DNA from: a virus
Taxonomy: Duplodnaviria > Caudoviricetes
Length of the DNA: 64,000 bases
Reading direction: 5' to 3' (one strand)
Virus record (IMG/VR): IMGVR_UViG_3300021255_000123
Location: 21,435-85,434 of that record
Below are positions 25,387 through 34,000 of the stretch, in pieces. The notes below the pieces were generated by a model that was given only the letters and a program-made list of their open reading frames with translations, had not been told where the DNA came from and ran no database searches. Numbering within the stretch: the stretch's first letter is position 1; each line of letters begins with the position of its first letter. The position numbers and the translations under genes were made by a program.

Positions 25387-26637
25387 ATGCACAAAAATCC
25401 TGATTTTTCCGAGTCTTCGTTCTTCCAAATCTGGAGTCCCGAAGGCCGTGTGGTTGTGAGTGAAATCCTCAACAACCCTGACCTCATCGAAATCAACAAC
25501 TATGACGCTTGGCGCGACGACTTTGACATCGACCCCGAAATCACCGCCCATGACTCTAACGGCTTCGCCGTCGTTACCGCCATGATGCGTGAGGTTGAGC
25601 ACGGTGTTATGTCCGACATGCGTGCTCCTCTGGGCGACTCCATGCCCGTCGAGCAGGGTAACGCTAAGAGCTACACGGTGCCTATCGCCCACTTCACGAC
25701 CCGTCACTTCCATGAGACCAAGGCCACGATGATGGACAAGAAGGCCCGCTACGAGGCTCTCCGCGACACCTACGGCGAGTACGACGCCCAGCTCATCGCC
25801 AGCTACGCTGACAAGGTGCAGGGCTTCATCGACGGTGCCAACATGACCCTGACCAACATGGGTGAGCAGCTGATGACCAACGGCTATGTCTTCTACGACA
25901 AGGGCGCTGGTATCCACGCTGGTATCCATAAGGCCGACATCCCCGCCAAGAACTTCCTCGGCGCTTGCGTGTACAAGCTGTCGGGTGGCTCCGAAGTCCA
26001 GACCACTTGGGCTGACCTCGACTGCCTGTTCATCGAGTCCATGAACCGCCTCATCGAGCAGATTAACACTGTCAATAGTAAGAACTGGAAGTGGCAGCTC
26101 GACCTCCCGAAGGCCATCTGGGACAACTACATCAAGAAGAACAAGGAAGTTCTGCAGGTGATGGCACAGAAAGCCAATCCTCTCATCCTCAGCACCGACC
26201 AGTTCAACTTTGCAACTGCCGGCATGACTTTCGAGGATGCTGACATTCTGGCTATGCTGAACAGCCGCATCAAGAACTGCACCCTCTTCATCCACGACTC
26301 CGCTCAGTACGACGCCTTTGAAGGTATCGTCCACGGCTGGAAGACTGGTGTTGCCACCCTCCGTCCTCTTGGCCGCGCCGGTTTGATTCGTCACACCGAC
26401 ATCATCGACGCTCAGTGGTTCGACGACAAGTATTCCAACCCCGCCATCAAGGACTTCTACGTCCCTGCTCTGATGGGTCTTGGCTACCTGAACAACACCA
26501 TCTGGCCCAACGGTCGCGACCTCGAATACCGTACTCGTTACATCTATTCGAGCACCCCGTCTCTCGATGAGTTCCTGTTCCACTTCATCCTGAACACCGG
26601 CTCGGCCAGTGCTAACGGAAACTGGTACACCAAGTAA
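25387..26637 (+). CDS. Major capsid protein
   Basis: 416 aa, strongest C-ending codon bias, positioned before the head-tail connectors. Confidence 0.8.
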   Translation: MHKNPDFSESSFFQIWSPEGRVVVSEILNNPDLIEINNYDAWRDDFDIDPEITAHDSNGFAVVTAMMREVEHGVMSDMRAPLGDSMPVEQGNAKSYTVPIAHFTTRHFHETKATMMDKKARYEALRDTYGEYDAQLIASYADKVQGFIDGANMTLTNMGEQLMTNGYVFYDKGAGIHAGIHKADIPAKNFLGACVYKLSGGSEVQTTWADLDCLFIESMNRLIEQINTVNSKNWKWQLDLPKAIWDNYIKKNKEVLQVMAQKANPLILSTDQFNFATAGMTFEDADILAMLNSRIKNCTLFIHDSAQYDAFEGIVHGWKTGVATLRPLGRAGLIRHTDIIDAQWFDDKYSNPAIKDFYVPALMGLGYLNNTIWPNGRDLEYRTRYIYSSTPSLDEFLFHFILNTGSASANGNWYTK

Positions 26638-26661
26638 ACTCAAAAAAAGGAATAGACGATT

Positions 26662-27033
26662 ATGGCTGCTATAGAGTTTGACATCTTACAGTACATGAGC
26701 GGTCTTACCGGCTTCACCTTCGACAAGGCGGTGCTTACACGCATCGCCTTGGAGAGGGGAGTTGACCAAGTAACCGCCTATGCGCAACTGACGAAGCGTC
26801 AGCGCGACCTCATTACCGCAGACCTTCTGCTCACCGCCTATCTCTCGCCGACTGTCTGGGCCAGCTTTGACCAAGCACACGGCAGCTTCAAGAAAGGCGT
26901 TGGCTCCCAGACGATGTACAACAAGGAGGAGATTTACAACTACTTGTACAACATCTACAGTCAGTACGAGGATGAAAAGCTCGAAGAGCTGCCTGACAAC
27001 TCTGCACACGTTTTCTTCCGTAACGACATCTAA
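26662..27033 (+). CDS. Head-tail adaptor
   Basis: 123 aa, helical, immediately after MCP. Confidence 0.65.
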   Translation: MAAIEFDILQYMSGLTGFTFDKAVLTRIALERGVDQVTAYAQLTKRQRDLITADLLLTAYLSPTVWASFDQAHGSFKKGVGSQTMYNKEEIYNYLYNIYSQYEDEKLEELPDNSAHVFFRNDI

Positions 27034-27044
27034 CAAACAGAATC

Positions 27045-27449
27045 ATGGCATACATCGACAGGGACGAACTTCAAGACTTTCCGTTTACCGGTAAGTTTTA
27101 CAAATCCACGATAGACAAAACCAAGCCCCTCTCCCAACAGGTAGAGACTGAGGTTGTAATCGCCGAGGTGGTGTGTGACATTCAGGAAGAGTCTAATTTC
27201 CGCGCCACGGCGACTGCGAAAGCCGTCTATGGTGTGTACGTTCCTTTCGATAGCGACACCACGGAAATCCCGGTCCAGCGAGGACACATGTTCAAGGGCT
27301 ACCAGTACGGGTTGCTTGTTTCCGGCAAGGTTATAGGCGTATTCCCGTCTCAGCTGGGACCTTTCGACAACTATACCGAGCGAGGGAGCGACGTGGTGCC
27401 GCACCGTTGCCGTGGTTATCTTGCAAGAGTGGAGGCTACCGACGTATGA
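27045..27449 (+). CDS. Head closure or stopper protein
   Basis: 134 aa, beta-rich; synteny. Confidence 0.6.
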   Translation: MAYIDRDELQDFPFTGKFYKSTIDKTKPLSQQVETEVVIAEVVCDIQEESNFRATATAKAVYGVYVPFDSDTTEIPVQRGHMFKGYQYGLLVSGKVIGVFPSQLGPFDNYTERGSDVVPHRCRGYLARVEATDV

Positions 27450-28198
27450 GCAAGTATCAATATGGTGGTATCTATTGCTGCATACCTCTTGGGTATCTGT
27501 ATGACGAGAGCTTGGTCTCGTCCATCAGATGGCGTCTTCGCAAAAACTTAGGAGTTACAATCAAGGGACTCACAAACGAGCAATTAAACAAAGTCATTCG
27601 TGAAACGCTGGTGAAATGGATAAGAGGGCTTATGTCTGGTAGTAAAATACCGAATTACGCCTCTTTGACAAAGGCAGCAGACCGGAGAGAGGAGAGGTTG
27701 ATTGCAAAGCAGAACGCCTTGGTAAATCAAGGAAAAAGCGACGCTGACATCAATACTCAAATCAACAAGTCCATTGAAAGATATGGAGAATTGCGGTCGA
27801 TAATCGAGGAGGTGAATAATTCAATCGGATTCGGCATCTACCATAACAATCTCCTGCTTTCAAACTCTGTTGGGACGCCAGCCGCTCACAATGAATACGC
27901 CAGATTGGGAAACATCCGCAATTTCCTTTTGCACAACAAGAGTAAGTTGCCGATAGACCCGAAAGGATGGACTGTCGTTTTGGTCGTTGCTCACTATGCG
28001 GCGGCCCGTTTTGAAGCAAAAGGAGCTTATCCAGACAGACGATACAAGGGTTTCAACAAGAGAGTCTTGTATGCAATGGTCTGGAATATAGCAAACGCAT
28101 TGCGAGAAATGACCGGGAGAAAACACAGTGGCAATTTGAGATATGGATATATTCTTTCCAGAACTGGATATGAAGGTCAGATATTCAATGTAATATGA
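27446..28198 (+). CDS. Neck/tail-completion (HK97 gp10 position) protein, divergent allele (start MSKYQYGG)
   Basis: Synteny; IGFGIYHN and VLVVAHYAARFE motifs; lower GC than neighbours. Confidence 0.55.
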   Translation: MSKYQYGGIYCCIPLGYLYDESLVSSIRWRLRKNLGVTIKGLTNEQLNKVIRETLVKWIRGLMSGSKIPNYASLTKAADRREERLIAKQNALVNQGKSDADINTQINKSIERYGELRSIIEEVNNSIGFGIYHNNLLLSNSVGTPAAHNEYARLGNIRNFLLHNKSKLPIDPKGWTVVLVVAHYAAARFEAKGAYPDRRYKGFNKRVLYAMVWNIANALREMTGRKHSGNLRYGYILSRTGYEGQIFNVI

Positions 28199-28596
28199 GA
28201 GAGGTTAATAGATACGCAAACACATCAAAGGTCGAAGAGTACCTGTACAGCATCCTCTACAGTGCTGTATCAGACCACGTTTTCGCAGGGACACTCCCTT
28301 CTTCGATAGGAGAGTCTTGGAACGATATGGTACTTATAGACTGTGATATGCCGTTGAACGACAATGGGACGTATAGCTGGGGAACCGTGTACGTTATATT
28401 GTATGCGAGACCCAATGCAGACGGCTCAAAAAATGTTCCGGTAATGGCACAGTTAGAAACAAAACTATGTGATGTGCTTGATACCGCTCACAATGACCAC
28501 TATTCCATAGAACGGATTGCAAATGCCGCAGATTACGACAATAACATCGGATGGCATACCAATTTCGTCCATTTCAATTTGACAATCACAAAGTAA
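28195..28596 (+). CDS. Tail terminator protein
   Basis: 133 aa preceding the major tail gene. Confidence 0.6.
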   Translation: MREVNRYANTSKVEEYLYSILYSAVSDHVFAGTLPSSIGESWNDMVLIDCDMPLNDNGTYSWGTVYVILYARPNADGSKNVPVMAQLETKLCDVLDTAHNDHYSIERIANAADYDNNIGWHTNFVHFNLTITK

Positions 28597-28627
28597 ATTA
28601 ACAACTTAAATACAGAAAGGATTAACA

Positions 28628-29305
28628 ATGAGTGCAACTCTTAAACACCTCAACACTGGTCAGCGTCGTTTTCAGGACGCCAAGGGTATGTTCGTCACCC
28701 CGTACACCTCCGAAGGTCTGCTCGGTGAGACCACCTACGACATCCATGACATCGTGGGTGACACCCTGAGTATCACTGCTGATGACCCCGACCGCACTGA
28801 AATTCCTTGGGAGTTTGGCGACACCGCCCTCGACGAGAACGTCAAGATGGGTAAGATGAACTTCGCCTGCCAGTGCCTCGACTTCCAGAACGACATCATG
28901 CTGGCCCTCTTCGGCTGCAAGACTGTCAATGACGCCGTGGTGTTCCCGTCCGAGTACGGGGACCTCTACGTTATGATTCGCATCAAGTTCGACGACGTGG
29001 ACCTAGTGCTGCCTTACGTCAAGATGAACTCCAAGGCAACTCTGGAGAACATGCGCACCGACATCGCCCGTGGCGAACTCGCCGGCACCATCCTCTCGAA
29101 GGAAGTTGTCGTTGGTGCCCTTCCTGACGCTGGCACCCAAGCCCCCTCGACAGCCATTACCTACAGTGCCGCCAATGCCGCCGACACCCCGATGCTGTAC
29201 CTCCCCAACGACAGCACCAACGGTAAGGCCGCTTATGTTCCCGGCACTGGCTCGACGTCCAGCTCGCCGGTCTATCTGACCGACGTCCACGCCGACGCAG
29301 CCTAG
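28628..29305 (+). CDS. Major tail tube protein
   Basis: 225 aa with strong codon bias, followed by a terminator; paralog downstream. Confidence 0.75.
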   Translation: MSATLKHLNTGQRRFQDAKGMFVTPYTSEGLLGETTYDIHDIVGDTLSITADDPDRTEIPWEFGDTALDENVKMGKMNFACQCLDFQNDIMLALFGCKTVNDAVVFPSEYGDLYVMIRIKFDDVDLVLPYVKMNSKATLENMRTDIARGELAGTILSKEVVVGALPDAGTQAPSTAITYSAANAADTPMLYLPNDSTNGKAAYVPGTGSTSSSPVYLTDVHADAA

Positions 29306-29336
29306 TCGTAGGTTGACTTAACGTCTCATTATCAGG

Positions 29337-29374
29337 GAAAGGGAGAGGTCGAGTACCTTCTCCCTTTCTTTCTT
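29337..29374 (+). terminator. Rho-independent terminator after the major tail gene
   Basis: GAAAGGGAGA...TCTCCCTTTC followed by TTTCTT. Confidence 0.75.
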
Positions 29375-29392
29375 AAAACAAAAACGAGTATC

Positions 29393-30169
29393 ATGCCAAT
29401 AATAAGGACAAAAACAGGACGGAAGTTGCTGAAAAACGCAAGAAATCTCTTTGTGCTTCCGTATCGCTACGACACCACGTTGTCGCAGTATGTGTTGGGC
29501 CAGAACCTTTACGACCTGTCGGCCATCATCGGCGACAGTATCACTCTGGAGCAGAGCGATGGTGACACCCAGACGAAAGAGAATGAGTTTACCAACGAGG
29601 CTCTCGTCAAGAACGTAACGACCGGGGAATGGAAGTTCACGGCTCAGTGCTTGGACCTTCAAAACTCCGTGCTGAAAGCGTTGTTCATGGCCTATACAAA
29701 CGACACCTATGGCGCCGCAGCCTTGCGTCCGGAATACGAGACTCTGTACGCCCTGATTATGGTCAGGTTTTCCGACACTGGCACACCCGACGTCTGGCTG
29801 CCGAAGGTGCTTCTGAATAGCAAGCTTCTTCTGCAGCAGATGAAAACTAGAGGTTCGCAGGGGAATGTAAGCGGCACGTTGTTCTCCAGCCGGTGCGGTA
29901 TCATCCAGTCTTCCTCTCAGTCGCAGGGCCATACCGTGTGTACTTTGATGCCTCTTGCGGACAATATTGCCGGCACGAATGTCTATACGCCGAATGTGCC
30001 CGTTTTGTTCGCCCCGCAGACCTATCGAGTCATAGTTCTCAACCATAGGTCCGAGGAGGACGGAGAAACTGTCTTTGACAGCCCTAATCCCGCGACGACT
30101 GGTAATCAGGATTGTTGCGGCCACAACATCGTCGTGTCGGACGACAATCCGGCTGTGGCTGTAATTTAG
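29393..30169 (+). CDS. Second tail-tube paralog (minor tube protein)
   Basis: Shares YD(L/I)..I.GD...(L/I)...D.D, F..QCLD(L/F)QN....ALF and LY..I..(R/K)F with 28628..29305. Confidence 0.8.
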   Translation: MPIIRTKTGRKLLKNARNLFVLPYRYDTTLSQYVLGQNLYDLSAIIGDSITLEQSDGDTQTKENEFTNEALVKNVTTGEWKFTAQCLDLQNSVLKALFMAYTNDTYGAAALRPEYETLYALIMVRFSDTGTPDVWLPKVLLNSKLLLQQMKTRGSQGNVSGTLFSSRCGIIQSSSQSQGHTVCTLMPLADNIAGTNVYTPNVPVLFAPQTYRVIVLNHRSEEDGETVFDSPNPATTGNQDCCGHNIVVSDDNPAVAVI

Positions 30170-30194
30170 TTTCTGACAAGTGCAAAATTCTTCG

Positions 30195-30202
30195 TATCTT
30201 TG
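30195..30202 (+). promoter_or_regulatory. Internal promoter -7 element, within a GTGCAAA/TTTGCAC inverted repeat
   Basis: TATCTTTG 25 nt upstream of the chaperone ATG. Confidence 0.55.
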
Positions 30203-30226
30203 CACCTGAATTAAAACTTTAACTAG

Positions 30227-30778
30227 ATGCCTTTAGTAAAAGCAAAATCAGACGTTAAGCAACGCCTTAAAGAACAAAAGAACAAGGACTTGTTCGTCAG
30301 CGAGGAGGCCCAGAACAGACTCGCGGCCATTATCGCGGACGCTCCTTCGATAGAGAAGTTTGCAGGAACGGAGTGGGAAATGCGCCCTCTCCGTTTCGGC
30401 ACTCAGTATCTCATAGTCGATGAGGTGAGAAAAATCAAGGAAATGGAGTCTGCCACCTACGAGAACTCAATCCTAGGTCTGGCAGCTACCATGCCGGCCA
30501 CCGTTACGGTCGTTACGCTGGCCCTGTTGAACGACAAGAACCGCATCTACCAGAACGGCGACCCCAATCAAGGGTACAGCAAGCTCTTCAAGCGCACCTA
30601 TGACACTATTATGTGGAACGCCAATAAGGAGGAGCTTATCAAGATACTCTGGGACTGCATCCAGATGGTTGATGTGTCTTTTTTTATGGAAGCTCTGGGT
30701 ATGCTCCAGATATTCAGAGCTCAGGTGACGGAGAAGAAGAGGACGAGGACGAAGATGAAGAGAGCAGAAGCGAAATAA
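30227..30778 (+). CDS. Tail assembly chaperone (G)
   Basis: Between tube and tape-measure genes; contains a slippery T7 run. Confidence 0.8.
   Translation: MPLVKAKSDVKQRLKEQKNKDLFVSEEAQNRLAAIIADAPSIEKFAGTEWEMRPLRFGTQYLIVDEVRKIKEMESATYENSILGLAATMPATVTVVTLALLNDKNRIYQNGDPNQGYSKLFKRTYDTIMWNANKEELIKILWDCIQMVDVSFFMEALGMLQIFRAQVTEKKRTRTKMKRAEAK
30679..30685 (+). other. Programmed -1 ribosomal frameshift site (T TTT TTT) producing the GT chaperone
   Basis: The -1 frame is open from the slip site into ORF 30805..31029 (checked codon by codon). Confidence 0.8.
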
Positions 30779-30804
30779 TCCGCTCCGTCAGCGAAATTGG
30801 AGAA

Positions 30805-31029
30805 ATGGTGGACTTCCTGAAATACAACCCATATATGACAATAGAGGAGTATCAATGGAAGTACAGCATACCGATGATAAAAATAATGGGGATGGATAAC
30901 ACTCATTCTGTCTGTTTATCCAAGAAAGAGATAGAGAGAAGAAAAGGACAAGTAGTAAACACGAAGGGGAAGAGTGTGCAGGATTTGAACAACGACCTTG
31001 GGGTCAAAATACAGTTTCCAAACGAATAA
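30805..31029 (+). CDS. Tail assembly chaperone C-terminal part (T), probably expressed by frameshift
   Basis: In the -1 frame of the G gene, directly before the tape measure gene. Confidence 0.75.
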   Translation: MVDFLKYNPYMTIEEYQWKYSIPMIKIMGMDNTHSVCLSKKEIERRKGQVVNTKGKSVQDLNNDLGVKIQFPNE

Positions 31030-31041
31030 AAACATACCGCT

Positions 31042-34000
31042 ATGGCAGACAATGTTTCCGACGGAATAAAAAACCTTGACAAGTGGATTAAGAGTGCCGA
31101 CCAGTCGCTCTCCACGATGATGCAGCGATACGAACGTTTCCAGAGGGCCGCTTCCACTGGTGATGCGACCAAGATGCAACAGGCTTGGAACTCTTTGCAG
31201 ACGGGAGCAAATACGACTGCCGCAAAGCTCCGTACTCTCGAAAAAGAGATAAAGAATTTGAAGGCTCAGACGAAAGACCCGGCCAGCTTACAGCGCCTAG
31301 ACAAGTTGTTCCGTCAGCTCAACTCTGCATCCGGTGCTTGGGCCTCCGTGTTGGCCAGCGTCAACCGTGGCCAGCAGACGACTCAGGTGTTCGCCGAGAG
31401 ATTAGCCCGTGCGTTCGAGAAAGGCCAGAAGGCTCTTGCTGCGTTCAATACTGAGCAGACAAGAGGAGCTTCTGCAAGCAGTCGTCTGAATAGAGGTCTG
31501 GCTGATTTATTGCAGGGATTAACTGCATATTTTGGATTCCGTCAAATAGGCGGCTTTTTAAGAAACGTTGTTCAGATTCGAGGAGAATTTGAAAAGACAG
31601 AGGTTGCTCTGAGAAACATCATTGGCAACCAAGAGAAGGCAAATCTCATCTGGGAAAAAACAATGAATCTTGCAGTCAACTCGCCTTTCACAGCGAGACA
31701 ACTTACCAGTTACGTCAAGCAGCTTGCAGCTTATAGGATTGAGAATGACAAGATATTTGACACCACAAAGAGATTGGCCGATGTGTCTGCCGGTCTTGGT
31801 GTCGATATGCAACGCCTCATCCTTGCTTACGGTCAGGTGAAAGCAGCAAACTACCTCCGCGCTTCTGAAATTCGTCAGTTTACCGAGGCTGGTGTGAATA
31901 TCCTTGGAGAATTAGCTGATTATCTGTCAATAACGAGAGGAGAAATGATTTCTACCGCTCAGGTTATGGAAATGGTTCAGAAACGAATGGTGAAGTTTGA
32001 AGATGTCGAGGCCATATTCAAGCGTATGACAGACGAGGGTGGTACGTTCTACCACATGCAACAGGAGTTATCCAACACCGTGCAGGGCCAGATTAACAAA
32101 ATCAAAGACACTTGGCAACAGGCTATGAATGAACTTGGTAAATCTGACCAAGGATTGATAAGGGGAATCACCAATATGGTGTTGAGTATTGTGCGAAACT
32201 GGAGGACTTGGGTAACGGCAATAGAATCTTCTGTAATAGCCATTATCGCCTTTAAAGCGACGAATGTTGTCCGGGCACTTACATCTACGGCATACGCTGC
32301 CAATGCTGCAACCAAAAGCACTCTCCGTTTAGCTAATGCGTTCAAGAGTCTAGGAAAGGGATTGAAGGCGAATTGGGTTGCTTTGGCAATCGCCGCCGTA
32401 GCCGCCGCCGCAACGGAGCTTTTCATGGCTACAAAGCGCATGAAGGACTTCAATGATGAGATTGATGAACAATCCATCACTCTATACGATGCCCAGCAGA
32501 AGATGTATGAGTATCAGAATACCGTCGAGAGAAATAACGGCATATTAAAGGATGCGAAGAGTAAGGAAGAGGACATTAAGAATGCCAGAGAAGAGAATTT
32601 GAAGGTCCTCAGTGCCCTACGCAAGGAATATCCGGAATTGGTCGAGGGTATAGAACAACAGGCTAACGGTGAGGTTATTCTTACGCAGCGTATTGAAGCT
32701 CATAACGAATCTTTGCGGGAGCAAATACGACTGAATGAACAGTTAAAACAGAAGTCTATTACTGACGACCCGTTTGAGACTGATACAAGGCAGTATTTTG
32801 AGAAGCTGGATGAATGGAGAAAGAAGATACAAATTTCTCAGCAGCAACTTAAACTGAAACTACTTAGAGGTGAGATAAACAAAGACGAAAACCCGATAGT
32901 AGAAAGATTACTCGGTATAAATACTGACGACATTTTAAATGCCGTCAACGAATACAACCAGATAGTTGGTGAAGTTCAAGCTGTAATTGTAGGCAAAACT
33001 ACTGAGTTAAATAAGGCTTACAGGGAGGCGTTGAATGAGGCACAAAAAAATTTGTCTAACCCTGACAGTGCAAAAAAAGTACAGGAATTACAGAATAGAT
33101 TGATGAATTTGAGACATTTCGCAATCGAATCCAGCAATCTTGGAGCTGTCGCCGGCCTACCACTTATTGATACAGATGTACAGGAAACAAGGGAGTTTAA
33201 AAAAGAATCTGATGCCATAGTAAAAGAGCTTATCGGGAGCTTTGAACTTGGTGTTAGGGCACTGGATAACGAGCAAAAATTGATTCAGGAAACCTACAAT
33301 GGTAATTTTGCTGAGTATCTAAAAGCTAACGGCTCCCGTCTCAGGGAAATGGTCGAAACTAATACTGTTGACGTAAACGAAACCATTAGAACATTCTTGG
33401 AGAAAAACGGACAAGCCCTGACCGACGAGAACAAGAAGGTGTGGAACGACATCCTCAACGAATATATTTTTGGTGCAGATAAGGCTCGGAGAATCATGGA
33501 AATTACATTCCAGATGATGTCGGAGAAAGACCCGTTTGTCAGGAATATGCTGTCTCGCCAGATGCAGGAAATAAAGGATGAATATTACGATTTCTTTGCT
33601 TCCTACACTTCTCCTACAAAGGGTGATGGTCTTGAAGACAAGAATAAGACATATAAGTCCATTGATAGTCTGATTTCTTTGCTCAAAACCATGAACAGTG
33701 AGTATGGGAAGCTGTCAAAATCAGCGTATGGTTTTGCTAAGTCTCAGGAAACCGTTATGGAGGTTTTCAAAGAGTCATTCAAAGACATAATGAAGGCCAC
33801 GAAGGGTGGTGGGTTCGCTCTCGACAAGGCGTTTACCATGGTTGACTGGAATAAGCTTGACATCACCTCAAAAGGCGGTGTGGCAGCAGCTTTGCAGCAG
33901 GTGTATGATTACCTTGACGGTCACAAGATGTGGGGGCAGTTCGGTAAGAATGCTGAGGAGGTTCGCAAGAAATTTGAGAAGGAAATGGCATCATGGAAAG

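Noticed and set aside
25324-26643. 439-aa minus-strand ORF, and similar long antisense ORFs (29318..30205, 45491..46450, 24492..25274)
   Set aside because: These are shadows of strongly C-ending, highly expressed plus-strand genes, which leave few stops on the opposite strand. They have no motifs or leaders.
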